This document shows positions 1 to 10,394 of a stretch of 32,564 nucleotides of DNA, piece by piece. Location of the stretch: contig CAYWUD010000001.1 in NCBI GenBank assembly GCA_964461355.1, positions 1 through 32,564 on the forward strand, given 5' to 3'. This DNA is from an uncultured Pseudomonadales bacterium (GTDB taxonomy: Bacteria; Pseudomonadota; Gammaproteobacteria; Pseudomonadales; CAYWUD01). A program made the position numbers and the translations under genes. Each line of letters starts with the position of its first letter. Position 1 is the stretch's first letter. The notes beneath the pieces were generated by a model. It ran no database searches and was not told the DNA's origin. It saw only the letters and a list, made by a program, of their open reading frames with translations.

Positions 1-354
1 TTCCCAGTTGGGAATATTGTCCAGCACCACTCCGGGCGGGAAGATGTCGTTGCGCAGGTAACCGCCCGGTTTTTCCAGCAGGGTTTCCCCCAGCCCGATC
101 AGAGTTGCGGTCAGCCGATAACCGACCACCGCCTCGGTCCGCCCCTGCTCCTGCATCTTCTGCTGCACCAAAGTATCGATATCAAAGGGTTCCGGCTCAC
201 TGCTCCAGTAAAAGCCAAGCAGCGTCCAGGCCACCAGTACCAGTGCCACAACCCCAAGGGCAACCCGGCTGATCCAGCTGTTACCGCGAATACCTTCACG
301 CAGATCCGCCCAGAGATCGCCCAGTCGCTCTTTCCAACGCTGTGGTTGCATCAT
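1..354 (-). CDS. DUF2333-like membrane-anchored protein (N-terminal 118 codons; 3' end lies beyond the window start)
   Basis: Absent from the ORF track because it runs off the window edge. Reverse-strand translation from ATG at 354 (GAGGGG Shine-Dalgarno just upstream) stays open to position 1. It reads MMQPQRWKERLGDLWADLREGIRGNSWISRVALGVVALVLVAWTLLGFYWSSEPEPFDIDTL...LEKPGGYLRNDIFPPGVVLDNIPNWE. It has one N-terminal TM helix. The KPGGYLxND/PPGxxLDNxPNWE stretch matches my recollection of the DUF2333 family; not searched. Confidence 0.6.
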   Translation of the reverse strand, partial: MMQPQRWKERLGDLWADLREGIRGNSWISRVALGVVALVLVAWTLLGFYWSSEPEPFDIDTLVQQKMQEQGRTEAVVGYRLTATLIGLGETLLEKPGGYLRNDIFPPGVVLDNIPNWE

Positions 355-573
355 CTTTATCCCCTCAGACGCCAACTGGCTGCCAACGTCTGTCCTGTTG
401 TTATCACGGTTCAAGGACCGTACACCCTGTTTGCATCTTATCAGAGATCCTCGCGGCCGCGACGAAACAATACCAATGCCAACCCCGCTCGTAGCGCTCC
501 GGCACGAGCAGGGCTGTGCCGCAGGCACGCAACGGGTACACTGACATCATTTACACCGATCAAGGGCGCTGCT

Positions 574-2412
574 GTGCTGTTTCGACTTCTGCTTTCCTGC
601 CTTCTGTGCATCCTTACCCTGGGCAGCGTACAGGCGCGCACCGCCTTCACGGACCTGATCGGCACAGCCCGAACCAGCGACCGTTTTCTGCCGGTCGAGG
701 AAGCCTTTCAGTTTTTCGGCTACCTCGATGCTGGCCAGGCCGTCATCTTTGCCCAGATCACGCCCGAGCATTATCTGTACAAGGAGCGTCTTCGCATCAG
801 CAGCCAGGATCCGGCCATCACCCTGGCCGCACCGAAGCTGCCCCAAGGCGAGGAGCGCTTTGACCCGTTCCAGAACCGGCAGGTCGAAACCTATAGCGAA
901 AGCTTTGAAATTCGCCTGCCCTATACGCCGGCCGATCGCGCCTCGTTGGATCTTGCCATCGAGTTTCAGGGCTGCGCCGAAGCGGGGCTGTGCTACCCGC
1001 CGGAGACCGCTCGCCTGACCCTGCAGAGCGATCCGATCGCCAGCCCCCGCCCAGCGACACCGAGCACTCCGGAAAATACCGACCTGCCGGCTCCAGCCTC
1101 AGAGGCGAAACCGCCCCTGAATGAAAGCGGTTTTGGTGCGCTGCTGCGCGACGCCAGCCTGCCGCTGATCCTCGGGCTCTTTTTTGTCGCCGGCCTCGGC
1201 CTGACCTTTACCCCCTGCGTACTGCCGATGGTGCCGATCCTCTCCAGCGTGATCATCGGCCAGCGCCACAGCAGCCGCACACGCATCCTCGGCCTGACCC
1301 TGACCTACGTGCTCAGCATGGCAGCAACCTTTGCCCTGGCCGGTATGCTGGTGGGCCTGTTCGGCGCCGGACTCAACCTGCAGGCCAAGCTGCAATCACC
1401 CTGGGTACTGCTACCGCTCGCCACACTGTTCGGCCTGTTCGCCCTCAGCCTGTTCGGTCTGTACGAACTGCAGCTGCCGGCAGCGCTGCGCGATCGTCTC
1501 GACCGGCTGTCGCAACGCCAGCGCGGTGGCCACTACCTCAGCGTGGCCCTGCTCGGCCTCCTTTCGAGTCTGGTGATCTCACCCTGCGTCTCCGCGCCTC
1601 TGGCCGGCGCCCTGCTGTATATCTCCACCACCGGCGATGCCCTGCTCGGCGGTCTGGCGCTCTTTGTCCTCGGTCTGGGCATGGGCGTACCGCTGCTGCT
1701 GGTCGGCACCGGTGCAGGCGCACTGCTGCCCCGCGCCGGCGCCTGGATGCAGGGTATCAAGGCGCTGTTCGGTGTACTGCTGCTGGCGATGGCGATCTGG
1801 CTGCTCGAACGGCTGCTGCCCGCAGCCATCGGCCTGCTGCTCTGGGGCAGTCTGCTGATCTGCTGCGCCGTTTATCTGGGTGCGCTCAATATTCAGGGCA
1901 CCCGCGGCTGGGCCGCGCTGCGTCAGGGCCTCGGTCTGCTGCTGCTGGTCTGGGGCATTCTGCTGATCATCGGCGCCGCCCAGGGCAACCGCAATCCGCT
2001 GCAGCCGCTGCAAACGGCACAGGCACAGACGGCCCCGCAGGCGCTCGAGTTTATTCAGATCAGTACGCCCGACGCATTGGAACAGGAACTGAACCGCGCT
2101 CGCGCGCTCGGCAAACCGGCGCTGGTCGATCTGTATGCCGACTGGTGTATCGCCTGTATCCAGATGGAGCGCAACCTGTTTCCGCGCCCGGAAATCCGCG
2201 CCGAACTCGCGCGCATGCACCGCATCCGTCTGGACATCACCGCCAATACGCCCGAGCAGCAGGCGCTGCTGCAACGCTATCGTGTCTTCGGCCCGCCGGC
2301 ACTGCTGTTCTTTGATGGCTCCGGCCGTGCCCTGGAAGCCCTGCACCTGCGCGGAGAACCCGACGCCGTGACCCTGTTCACACATCTGCAGGCGGCCAAC
2401 AGCCGCTCCTGA
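574..2412 (+). CDS. dsbD: Thiol:disulfide interchange protein DsbD
   Basis: Track ORF 346..2412. A signal peptide (LFRLLLSCLLCILTLGSVQA) begins at GTG 574, with AAGGG 7 nt upstream. Alpha-domain motif FQGCAEAGLCYPP is present. Membrane-domain cysteines are FTPCVLPM and SPCVSAPL. The C-terminal thioredoxin motif is YADWCIAC. Confidence 0.9.
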   Translation: MLFRLLLSCLLCILTLGSVQARTAFTDLIGTARTSDRFLPVEEAFQFFGYLDAGQAVIFAQITPEHYLYKERLRISSQDPAITLAAPKLPQGEERFDPFQNRQVETYSESFEIRLPYTPADRASLDLAIEFQGCAEAGLCYPPETARLTLQSDPIASPRPATPSTPENTDLPAPASEAKPPLNESGFGALLRDASLPLILGLFFVAGLGLTFTPCVLPMVPILSSVIIGQRHSSRTRILGLTLTYVLSMAATFALAGMLVGLFGAGLNLQAKLQSPWVLLPLATLFGLFALSLFGLYELQLPAALRDRLDRLSQRQRGGHYLSVALLGLLSSLVISPCVSAPLAGALLYISTTGDALLGGLALFVLGLGMGVPLLLVGTGAGALLPRAGAWMQGIKALFGVLLLAMAIWLLERLLPAAIGLLLWGSLLICCAVYLGALNIQGTRGWAALRQGLGLLLLVWGILLIIGAAQGNRNPLQPLQTAQAQTAPQALEFIQISTPDALEQELNRARALGKPALVDLYADWCIACIQMERNLFPRPEIRAELARMHRIRLDITANTPEQQALLQRYRVFGPPALLFFDGSGRALEALHLRGEPDAVTLFTHLQAANSRS

Positions 2413-2575
2413 AAACAGCAGCTGTCATCGAAAGACCGACGATCAAGTTGCAGAAAACCTCGAGTAACTTGCAGATAACGGTCTGTAACATGGCCGAACT
2501 GGACAGTGGAAAATCTACTGGGCAGAATCCTTGCTCTTTAACAGGTAAAAGACTATCGCTGCGAGGACCTGACCG

Positions 2576-3019
2576 ATGGCGACCTTTCTGGTGCTGCACG
2601 GACCGAATCTGAATCTGCTCGGCACCCGCGAGCCCGAAATCTATGGCGCCACTACTCTGGCCGATATCAACCAGACCCTGACCGAGCAGGCGCTGGCGGC
2701 GGGTCATCATCTGCAGGCGCTGCAGAGCAACGCCGAGTACGAGCTGATCGACCGGATTCACGCCGCGCGTCATGAAGGGATCGATTTCATCCTGATCAAT
2801 CCGGCGGCCTTTACCCACACCAGCGTTGCGCTGCGTGATGCGCTGGCCGGGGTCAAGATTCCCTTTATCGAAGTCCACCTGTCGAACGTGCATGCCCGCG
2901 AACCCTTCCGGCAGCACTCCTATTTTTCCGATATCGCTGTCGGCACCATCGTGGGTCTCGGTGCACAGGGATACGAATTAGCCCTGGCGGCTGCCTGCCG
3001 CCAACTGGAATCTCGCTAG
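2576..3019 (+). CDS. aroQ: 3-dehydroquinate dehydratase, type II
   Basis: 147 aa with [24 protein letters not shown] and [16 protein letters not shown], characteristic of type II dehydroquinase. It lies upstream of accBC as in pseudomonads. Confidence 0.95.
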   Translation: MATFLVLHGPNLNLLGTREPEIYGATTLADINQTLTEQALAAGHHLQALQSNAEYELIDRIHAARHEGIDFILINPAAFTHTSVALRDALAGVKIPFIEVHLSNVHAREPFRQHSYFSDIAVGTIVGLGAQGYELALAAACRQLESR

Positions 3020-3071
3020 GCCAGCCGATCCGTCGCTGTGCTTTAACCAATCGACTTACAGAGCAAAGACC

Positions 3072-3527
3072 ATGGATATCCGTAAAGTTAAGAAACTGAT
3101 TGAACTGCTGGAAGAGTCCGGTATCGACGAGCTGGAGATTCAGGAAGGCGAAGAATCCGTACGCATCAGCCGCCACTCCAACCGCGCCATGGCGGCCCAA
3201 CCGGTTTACGCCGCCGCCCCGGCTCCGGTCGCAGCACCGGCTCCGGCCGCCGCTGCAGCTCCGGTTGCAGAAGCGCAGGAACCGAAACTGAGCGGCCATC
3301 AGGTACGTTCTCCGATGGTCGGCACCTACTACGCCGCCGCCAGCCCGAACTCACCGAACTTTGTCAGCGTGGGTCAGAGCGTGAAGGCCGGTGACGTCCT
3401 GTGCATCATCGAAGCGATGAAGATGATGAACCAGATCGAAGCGGACAAGTCCGGTGTCATCGAAGCAATCCTGGTCGATAACGGTCAGCCGGTCGAGTTC
3501 GACCAGCCGCTGTTCACCATCGTTTAA
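3072..3527 (+). CDS. accB: Biotin carboxyl carrier protein of acetyl-CoA carboxylase
   Basis: 151 aa with an Ala/Pro-rich linker and the biotinylation motif [15 protein letters not shown]. Confidence 0.95.
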   Translation: MDIRKVKKLIELLEESGIDELEIQEGEESVRISRHSNRAMAAQPVYAAAPAPVAAPAPAAAAAPVAEAQEPKLSGHQVRSPMVGTYYAAASPNSPNFVSVGQSVKAGDVLCIIEAMKMMNQIEADKSGVIEAILVDNGQPVEFDQPLFTIV

Positions 3528-3541
3528 GGATGGGCGCCAAC

Positions 3542-4882
3542 ATGCTGGATAAAGTTCTGATTGCCAACCGAGGCGAGATTGCGCTGCGTATTCTGCGCGC
3601 CTGCCAGGAGTTGGGCATCAAGACCGTTGCGGTTCACTCCAAGGCCGATGAATCCCTGATGCACGTGCGTCTGGCCGACCAGGCGGTGTGCATCGGGCCG
3701 AACAGCCCGCTCGACAGCTACCTGAACATCCCGGCGATCATCAGTGCCGCCGAAGTCACCGACAGCGTGGGGATCCACCCCGGCTACGGCTTCCTGGCTG
3801 AAAACGCCGACTTCGCCGAGCAGGTTGCCCGCTCCGGTTTTACCTTTATCGGCCCGTCTGCCGATGTGATCCGCCTGATGGGCGACAAGGTCTCCGCCAA
3901 GCAGGCGATGGAAAAGGCCGGCGTGCCGACCGTTCCGGGTTCTGAAGGCGCCCTGCCGGAAGATGATGATGCAGCCATCGTCAGGATGGCGCGCGAGATC
4001 GGCTACCCGGTGATCATCAAGGCCGCCGGCGGCGGCGGTGGCCGCGGTATGCGCGTGGTGCACTCCGAGGGTTCGCTGCTCTCATCCGTGGCGCTGACCC
4101 GCTCCGAAGCCGGTGCGGCGTTCAACAACCCGACCGTGTACATGGAAAAGTACCTGCAGAACCCGCGTCACGTTGAGATCCAGGTGCTGTCCGATGGCAA
4201 GAGCGCCATCCATCTGGGCGATCGCGACTGCTCCCTGCAGCGCCGTCACCAGAAGGTGATCGAGGAAGCACCGGCACCGGGCATTCCCGATGAGGTCCGT
4301 CGTGAAGTGGCCGAAGCCTGTACCCGTGCCTGTGTCGATATCGGCTATCAAGGTGCCGGTACCTTCGAGTTCCTCTACGAAGACGAGCGTTTCTACTTTA
4401 TCGAGATGAACACCCGTGTTCAGGTGGAGCACCCGGTATCCGAGCTGATCACCGGCTTTGATATCGTCAAGGAGCAGCTGCGCATCGCCTCCGGCCTGCC
4501 GCTGTCCGTGACCCAGGACGATATCAAGTTCCGTGGCCACGCCTTCGAGTGCCGTATCAACGCCGAAGACCCGAAGACCTTCATGCCCTCGCCGGGCAAG
4601 GTCAATCACTTCCACGCGCCGGGCGGCCCGGGGATCCGTGTCGATTCCCACCTGTACAGCCAGTACAGCGTACCGCCCTACTACGATTCACTGATCGCCA
4701 AGGTGATCAGCTACGGCGATACCCGCGAGGAAGCACTGATTCGTATGCGCGGCGCCCTGAACGAGCTGGTGGTGGACGGTATCCGTACCAACATCCCGCT
4801 GCATCAGGACCTGGTGCGTGACGCAGGCTTCGTCGAAGGGGGCGTCAACATCCACTACCTGGAGAAGAAACTCTCCAGCTGA
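3542..4882 (+). CDS. accC: Biotin carboxylase subunit of acetyl-CoA carboxylase
   Basis: [33 protein letters not shown], the ATP-grasp glycine loop [14 protein letters not shown], and [13 protein letters not shown] use ATG 3542 because AccC orthologues start [14 protein letters not shown]. The track start at 3530 is 2 nt after the accB stop and has no usable SD spacing. Confidence 0.95.
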   Translation: MLDKVLIANRGEIALRILRACQELGIKTVAVHSKADESLMHVRLADQAVCIGPNSPLDSYLNIPAIISAAEVTDSVGIHPGYGFLAENADFAEQVARSGFTFIGPSADVIRLMGDKVSAKQAMEKAGVPTVPGSEGALPEDDDAAIVRMAREIGYPVIIKAAGGGGGRGMRVVHSEGSLLSSVALTRSEAGAAFNNPTVYMEKYLQNPRHVEIQVLSDGKSAIHLGDRDCSLQRRHQKVIEEAPAPGIPDEVRREVAEACTRACVDIGYQGAGTFEFLYEDERFYFIEMNTRVQVEHPVSELITGFDIVKEQLRIASGLPLSVTQDDIKFRGHAFECRINAEDPKTFMPSPGKVNHFHAPGGPGIRVDSHLYSQYSVPPYYDSLIAKVISYGDTREEALIRMRGALNELVVDGIRTNIPLHQDLVRDAGFVEGGVNIHYLEKKLSS

Positions 4883-4899
4883 GGATGCCCCCCGCACAG

Positions 4900-4933
4900 A
4901 AAAACGGCCCGCTAACCCCGGGCCGTTTTTTTT
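4900..4933 (+). terminator. Rho-independent terminator after accBC (bidirectional shape)
   Basis: AAAAACGGCCCG (4900-4911), a 7-nt loop, then CGGGCCG (4919-4925) followed by a run of 8 T (4926-4933). It starts 18 nt after the accC stop. Confidence 0.8.
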
Positions 4934-4972
4934 GCTACTCTGCGCCTCCCATCCCCCTTTGCGTGCACGCCC

Positions 4973-5860
4973 ATGTCCTGGATTCAGATCACCATCGATT
5001 GCCTGGCCGAACAGGCCGAACTCTTCGAAGAACAACTGCTGGCGATCGGCGCCCTGACTGTCACCCTGCAGGATGCCGCCGATCAGCCCCTGTACGAGCC
5101 GCGCCCGGGCACCACTCCGCTGTGGCGTGACACTCAGGTGGTCTCGCTGTTCGAGGCCGATACCGAGATGGCGCTGGTCGAACAGTTTCTGAAAAACACC
5201 ATTCCGCTCGACCCGTTCCCGCACTACAAGATCGAGATCGTCGAGGACAAGGACTGGGAACGTGAATGGATGGACAACTTCCATCCGATGCGCTTTGGCG
5301 AGCGCCTCTGGGTCTGCCCGAGCTGGCGTGATGTGCCCGATCCGGATGCGGTCAACCTGATGCTCGACCCGGGTCTGGCCTTCGGTACCGGCACCCACCC
5401 GACCACCGCGCTGTGCCTGGAATGGCTCGACGCGCAGCATCTGGAAAACCTGCAGCTGCTCGATTACGGCTGTGGCTCCGGCATTCTGGGGATCGCCGGC
5501 CTGCTGCTCGGCGCACGCGAAATGATCGGCGTGGATATCGACCCGCAGGCACTCGAAGCGACCGAAGAAAATGCCCGCCGCAACGGGCTCGATCTCAAGC
5601 GTCTGACCCTCTGCTATCCGGAGCAGTGCCCCGAACTCAAGGCCGATGTGCTGGTCGCCAATATTCTTGCAGGCCCGCTGGTCGAACTGGCGCCGACCCT
5701 CGCCGGGCTGGTGAAGCCGGGCGCGCCCTTTGCCCTTTCCGGCATTCTGGCCGAACAGGCCGAGCAGATTCAGACTGCCTACGCGCCCTATTTCGACCTT
5801 GATCCGATCGCGCAGAAGGAAGACTGGATTCGCGTCAGCGGCCGGCGCCTTGCGAACTGA
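4973..5860 (+). CDS. prmA: Ribosomal protein L11 methyltransferase
   Basis: 295 aa: [23 protein letters not shown]..., SAM-binding [14 protein letters not shown], and the NILAGPL motif. Confidence 0.95.
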   Translation: MSWIQITIDCLAEQAELFEEQLLAIGALTVTLQDAADQPLYEPRPGTTPLWRDTQVVSLFEADTEMALVEQFLKNTIPLDPFPHYKIEIVEDKDWEREWMDNFHPMRFGERLWVCPSWRDVPDPDAVNLMLDPGLAFGTGTHPTTALCLEWLDAQHLENLQLLDYGCGSGILGIAGLLLGAREMIGVDIDPQALEATEENARRNGLDLKRLTLCYPEQCPELKADVLVANILAGPLVELAPTLAGLVKPGAPFALSGILAEQAEQIQTAYAPYFDLDPIAQKEDWIRVSGRRLAN

Positions 5861-5976
5861 GCACAGGTGGGCAAAATACACAAAAACCGCCCACAACCAG
5901 AGCCTGCCGCGGCCACACAGGCTAGACTGTGCTGCCTTCCGGCTGCGGCCGGCTCTTTAGCGATTTCGATAGCATC

Positions 5977-7134
5977 ATGACGACAACCTGGGTAACCCGC
6001 TGCCCGCAATGCGCCACCGCCTTTCGCCTGAACCGTCAGCAGCTGACCGCTGCCGGCGGCAACGTGCGTTGCGGCAACTGTCTGAAGGTGTTCAAGGCGC
6101 CCGAGCACCTGTTGCCGGGTTCTGCCCCCCTGCCCGACGCGCTCGACAGCCAGCAACCGGCCGCACCGCAACCTGCAGCAGCACGGCCTGCAGCCACCAC
6201 CGGACAACCGGGCCCCAGAACAGCGCAAGCGACCGCCACACCCGGCGAGGAAGCCGAGTTTTCCGACGCCTTCTCGGCCCTGAACGGTGATGAAGAACAG
6301 GATCCCTTCGCTCGCGAACAGCCCGAGCGCACGATCAAGGACGGCGCCGACGAATCCTGGGCCGAGGCGATGCTCGCCGAACTCGAGCAGGAACAGAGCG
6401 CCGCCACCGCTGCTCCGACTCGCCGCCCGACAGCCTCCGAGTCGCGGGCGATAGCGCCGACACAGCGGGAAACACCGAACGTCGCGGCACCCGCCGACAA
6501 TCCTCAGGCCAGAGCCACAGAGCAGACAGCCGAAAACGCCTCCGAGCCGACGACAGAAGCGACGCCCGAACCGCACACCGACCAGCAGCAATGGCTGCAG
6601 GATCTGGCCGCCGAGCCGATCAGCCTCGAACAACCGCCACGACGCCGCTATGGCCGTATCATCGGCTGGACCCTGCTCAATCTCGCCGTCGCCCTGATGC
6701 TGCTGGGGCAATACAGCTACTACCACTTCGATCAGCTGGCGCGCTCGCCGAGCTGGCGCCCGACCTTTGCCCGCCTCTGCCCGCTGGCGGGCTGCACGCT
6801 ACCGGGCATTCAGGACATCGCCCGCATCCGCACCGGCAATCTGGTGGTGCGAAGCCATGAGCGCTATCCGGGCGCCCTGAGTGTCGATGCGGTGATCTAC
6901 AATACCGCCGCACATGCACAGCCGTTTCCCGATATCGAGCTGGTCTTTGCCGATCTGGACAACGACCCGGTCGCCAGCCGCATCTTCACGCCGCGTGAAT
7001 ACCTCGGTGGCGAACTCGCCGGCGCCCAACTGATGCCGAGCAACACGCCGATCTACCTGGCGCTGGAGATCAAGGATCCCGGCCAGGGGGCACTCAACTA
7101 TCAGCTCAGTTTTCATCCAGCACGGGGTCGCTAG
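5977..7134 (+). CDS. Zinc-ribbon (MJ0042-type) plus DUF3426 membrane protein
   Basis: MTTTWVTRCPQCATAFRLNRQQLTAAGGNVRCGNCLKVFKA (CxxC...CxxC ribbon). This is followed by about 180 aa of Ala/Pro/Glu/Thr-rich low complexity. One TM helix (IIGWTLLNLAVALMLLGQYSYY) follows, then a C-terminal domain that I assign to DUF3426. It sits between prmA and dusB, like PA4851 in P. aeruginosa (recollection). ATG 5977 was chosen over track start 5929 by comparison with orthologue N-termini. Confidence 0.75.
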   Translation: MTTTWVTRCPQCATAFRLNRQQLTAAGGNVRCGNCLKVFKAPEHLLPGSAPLPDALDSQQPAAPQPAAARPAATTGQPGPRTAQATATPGEEAEFSDAFSALNGDEEQDPFAREQPERTIKDGADESWAEAMLAELEQEQSAATAAPTRRPTASESRAIAPTQRETPNVAAPADNPQARATEQTAENASEPTTEATPEPHTDQQQWLQDLAAEPISLEQPPRRRYGRIIGWTLLNLAVALMLLGQYSYYHFDQLARSPSWRPTFARLCPLAGCTLPGIQDIARIRTGNLVVRSHERYPGALSVDAVIYNTAAHAQPFPDIELVFADLDNDPVASRIFTPREYLGGELAGAQLMPSNTPIYLALEIKDPGQGALNYQLSFHPARGR

Positions 7135-7194
7135 CGCTCTGCAACGGCCCCGGGCGAGGCACACAGAAAAGTTGGTTTTTTCGCCGACAAGGGC

Positions 7195-7223
7195 TTTCAC
7201 CCCTCGAACCTTGGCGGTATGAT
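7195..7223 (+). promoter_or_regulatory. Candidate sigma70 promoter of the dusB-fis operon
   Basis: TTTCAC (7195-7200), 17-nt spacer, TATGAT (7218-7223), about 95 nt upstream of the dusB ATG. The -35 is weak, so this is a pattern match only. Confidence 0.3.
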
Positions 7224-7318
7224 AGCCAGCCCTCAGCACCGGTGGCTTTTTAACCAATTGGCCAGCGGTCTTCGTAAGCCGCCCAGCGGGCACTCCCAAC
7301 AAACGGATAGGCAACCTT

Positions 7319-8308
7319 ATGTTCCATATTGGACCGTACAGGATCAGCGGCTCCGTGGTTTTGGCACCCATGGCCGGTATTACTGATCAGCCGTTTCGCC
7401 AGCTCTGCCGCCGTCTTGGCGCAGCACTGGTGGTGTCCGAAATGGTCACCTCCGACACACGTCTGTGGCACACCCGCAAGTCCAGCTTGCGTCTGAACCA
7501 CAGCGGCGAACCGGAACCCCGCGCCGTACAGATTGCGGGTAACGATCCTGCCCAGATGGCCGAAGCGGCCCGCCTGAATCAGGCGATGGGTGCCCAGATC
7601 ATCGACATCAACATGGGCTGTCCGGCCAAGAAGGTGTGTAATCGCGCCGCCGGCTCCGCTCTGATGCGCGATGAAGCTCTGGTCAGGGAAATAGTGCATG
7701 CAGTGGTGGATGCGGTTGAGATACCGGTCACCCTGAAGATTCGTACCGGCTGGAGCCCGGAGCAGCGCAACGGCCTGGAGATCGCCCGCATCGCCGAAGA
7801 TGCAGGCATTCAGGCGCTGGCGGTCCATGGCCGCACCCGTGCCTGCAAGTTCGGCGGCCAGGCGGAGTACGACAGTATTGCGGCCATCAAGGCTGCAGTC
7901 AGCATTCCGGTCATCGCCAATGGCGATATCACCGGAGCGGAAAAGGCACGTCAGGTTCTCGAACACACCGGAGCCGATGCTGTCATGGTCGGGCGGGCCG
8001 CGCAGGGCCGGCCGTGGATCTTCCGCGAAATTGAACATTACCTGCGTACAGGCGAGCAGCTTGCGCCGCCCTCACTGATGGATCTCCAGGATCTGATGCT
8101 CGAACACCTGGAGCAGCTGTACCTTTTTTACGGTGACTACATGGGAGTCAGAATCGCTCGCAAGCATGTGGGCTGGTATCTGACCACCCTGCCCGGCGGT
8201 CCGTCCGCCCGGCGTGAGTTCAACGGTTTGCAGAGTCCGTCAGAGCAGCGTGAGCAGATTGCCGCCTTTTTCGAGCGGTTACATAACGGAGAGGATATTG
8301 CGGCATGA
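7319..8308 (+). CDS. dusB: tRNA-dihydrouridine synthase B
   Basis: 329 aa with [21 protein letters not shown] and [11 protein letters not shown]. It overlaps fis by 4 nt (ATGA), the conserved dusB-fis arrangement. Confidence 0.95.
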   Translation: MFHIGPYRISGSVVLAPMAGITDQPFRQLCRRLGAALVVSEMVTSDTRLWHTRKSSLRLNHSGEPEPRAVQIAGNDPAQMAEAARLNQAMGAQIIDINMGCPAKKVCNRAAGSALMRDEALVREIVHAVVDAVEIPVTLKIRTGWSPEQRNGLEIARIAEDAGIQALAVHGRTRACKFGGQAEYDSIAAIKAAVSIPVIANGDITGAEKARQVLEHTGADAVMVGRAAQGRPWIFREIEHYLRTGEQLAPPSLMDLQDLMLEHLEQLYLFYGDYMGVRIARKHVGWYLTTLPGGPSARREFNGLQSPSEQREQIAAFFERLHNGEDIAA

Positions 8309-8619
8309 ACGCACCTGAAGTGCTTTCCCCGGAACAAGCGTCCATCGGCCAGGAGCTGCGTCAGCACCTGATCAGCCCGGTCGACCCGACCACCGAGACC
8401 CTGCGAGACAGTGTCGAAAAGGCGATGCGCAATTACTTCTCTCACCTCGACGGTCAGGACGTGACCGACGTCTACCAGATGGTACTGAGTGAAGTGGAAG
8501 CGCCGCTGCTGGAAACAGTAATGGCCTATGTGAAGGGCAACCAGACCAAGGCGGCCATTCTGCTGGGGCTCAACCGCGGTACGCTGCGGAAAAAGCTCAA
8601 GCTCTACGACCTGCTCTAA
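8305..8619 (+). CDS. fis: DNA-binding protein Fis
   Basis: 104 aa with the C-terminal [29 protein letters not shown]. Translationally coupled to dusB. Confidence 0.95.
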   Translation: MNAPEVLSPEQASIGQELRQHLISPVDPTTETLRDSVEKAMRNYFSHLDGQDVTDVYQMVLSEVEAPLLETVMAYVKGNQTKAAILLGLNRGTLRKKLKLYDLL

Positions 8620-8627
8620 GCGACTTC

Positions 8628-8654
8628 AAGCGGACCTCAAGTGTCCGCTTTTTT
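8628..8654 (+). terminator. Rho-independent terminator after fis
   Basis: AAGCGGAC (8628-8635), 7-nt loop, GTCCGCTT (8643-8650), with the T run continuing to 8654. It starts 9 nt after the fis stop. Confidence 0.75.
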
Positions 8655-8793
8655 ATACCTCAAGGGCCGCTTTTTTTGGCACAATAGCCCCCCTCCCGGG
8701 CGCCTGAAGTCTGCACCCCCGATCTTCAGACAGACCGCCGCCAGCACCGGCAACGGCGCCCTCCCGCACAAACCAGACAAAAGAACCAGCAGC

Positions 8794-10377
8794 ATGCAGC
8801 AACAGCTTCCGATCCGGCGCGCCCTGATCAGCGTGTCCGACAAAACCGGTATCGTCGAATTTGCCCAGGCACTCGCCGCGCGCGGTGTCGAGATTCTCTC
8901 CACGGGCGGCACATTCCGCCTGCTGCAGGACAACGGCGTTGCCGCCCTCGAGGTGTCAGACTACACCGGTTTTCCGGAAATGATGGATGGCCGCGTCAAG
9001 ACCCTGCACCCGAAAGTACACGGCGGCATTCTCGGTCGCCGTGGCGAAGACGACGCGCTGATGCAGCAGCACGGCATCAACCCGATCGATCTGGTGGTGG
9101 TCAACCTGTACCCGTTCAGCGCGACCGTGGCCCGCGCCGACTGCACGCTGGATCTGGCGATCGAAAACATCGATATCGGTGGCCCAACCATGGTCCGCGC
9201 CGCCGCCAAGAACCACCGTTTTGTCACCATTGTGGTCGATCCGGCCAACTACGGCCGTATCCTTGAAGAACTCGCGCAGAACCAGGGCGCTCTGGATCAG
9301 AGCACCCGCTTTGATCTGGCGGTACAGGCGTTCGAGCACACCGCCGCCTACGATGCCGCCATCGCCAACCACCTGGGTACCCTGGTGAATCTGGAAACCG
9401 ACGCCGAGGCGCCGGCGCAGTTCGCGCGCACCCACAACGGCCAGCTGGTGAAAAAACAGGATCTGCGTTACGGCGAAAACCCGCACCAGAACGCGGCCTT
9501 CTATGTCGATCCGCTGCATACCGAAGCCTCCATCGCCACCGCCGAACAGCTGCAGGGCAAGGCGCTCTCCTACAACAACATCGCCGATACCGATGCCGCG
9601 CTCGAGTGCGTGAAATCCTTCGAGGCACCGGCCTGCGTGATCGTCAAGCACGCCAACCCCTGTGGTGTGGCGGTCGACAGCGACATCCTCGCCGCCTACG
9701 AGCGCGCCTTCAAGACCGACCCGACCTCCGCCTTCGGCGGCATCATCGCCTTCAACCGCGAACTCGACGCGGCCACCGCGACTGCAATTATCGAGCGTCA
9801 GTTTGTCGAGGTGATCATCGCCCCGAGCGTGAGTGCTGAAGCACTGGCGATCACTGCCGCCAAGCCCAATGTGCGCGTCCTCTGCTGCGGCCAGTGGCAG
9901 GCGCGTCAACGCGCCTTTGACTACAAGCGTGTCAACGGCGGCCTGCTGGTTCAGGACCTGGATCTGGGTAGCGTGACCGCCGGCGATTTGAAGATCGTCA
10001 GCAAGTGCCAGCCGAGCGAGCAGGAACTCAAGGACCTGCTGTTTGCCTGGAAGGTGGCCAAGTACGTCAAATCCAACGCCATTGTCTACGTCAAGGACGG
10101 CATGACCGTCGGCATCGGCGCCGGCCAGATGAGCCGCGTCTACAGCGCCAAGATCGCCGGTATCAAGGCTGCCGATGAAGGGCTCGAAGTACCGGGCTCG
10201 GTGATGGCTTCCGATGCCTTCTTCCCCTTCCGCGACGGTATCGATGCCGCAGCGATGGCCGGCATCACCGCCGTGATCCAGCCCGGCGGCTCGATGCGCG
10301 ATGCCGAGGTGATTGCCGCTGCCGATGAAGCCGGCATGGCCATGGTGTTCACCGGCATGCGCCACTTCCGCCATTGA
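8794..10377 (+). CDS. purH: Bifunctional AICAR transformylase / IMP cyclohydrolase
   Basis: Starts at ATG 8794 ([24 protein letters not shown]...). Contains [12 protein letters not shown] and the C-terminal FTGMRHFRH. The track's extra 51 N-terminal codons cover the fis terminator region and are not credible. Confidence 0.95.
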   Translation: MQQQLPIRRALISVSDKTGIVEFAQALAARGVEILSTGGTFRLLQDNGVAALEVSDYTGFPEMMDGRVKTLHPKVHGGILGRRGEDDALMQQHGINPIDLVVVNLYPFSATVARADCTLDLAIENIDIGGPTMVRAAAKNHRFVTIVVDPANYGRILEELAQNQGALDQSTRFDLAVQAFEHTAAYDAAIANHLGTLVNLETDAEAPAQFARTHNGQLVKKQDLRYGENPHQNAAFYVDPLHTEASIATAEQLQGKALSYNNIADTDAALECVKSFEAPACVIVKHANPCGVAVDSDILAAYERAFKTDPTSAFGGIIAFNRELDAATATAIIERQFVEVIIAPSVSAEALAITAAKPNVRVLCCGQWQARQRAFDYKRVNGGLLVQDLDLGSVTAGDLKIVSKCQPSEQELKDLLFAWKVAKYVKSNAIVYVKDGMTVGIGAGQMSRVYSAKIAGIKAADEGLEVPGSVMASDAFFPFRDGIDAAAMAGITAVIQPGGSMRDAEVIAAADEAGMAMVFTGMRHFRH

Positions 10378-10394
10378 GCACACAGGAACCCGGC

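Noticed and set aside
346-573. 76-codon N-terminal extension of dsbD from a TTG start (similar extensions on purH 8641-8793, napA, napB, napD and the Kazal gene)
   Set aside because: The extensions precede obvious signal peptides or conserved N-termini. They overlap upstream genes or terminators and lack SD sequences. Internal starts with SDs fit orthologue lengths.
2490-2621. 43-codon ORF starting in the dsbD-aroQ spacer and overlapping the aroQ start
   Set aside because: It has no SD and overlaps aroQ out of frame. The peptide ([40 protein letters not shown]) has no membrane or leader-peptide character.
3200-3295. Repetitive GCN/CCG DNA (ccggctccgg... motifs) that looks like a tandem repeat
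   Set aside because: It encodes the flexible Ala/Pro linker of AccB ([22 protein letters not shown]). This is a coding low-complexity region, not a repeat element or CRISPR.
4688-5896. 402-aa minus-strand ORF
   Set aside because: It is antisense to the accC 3' end, the accC terminator and all of prmA. It would have to read through a strong bidirectional terminator.
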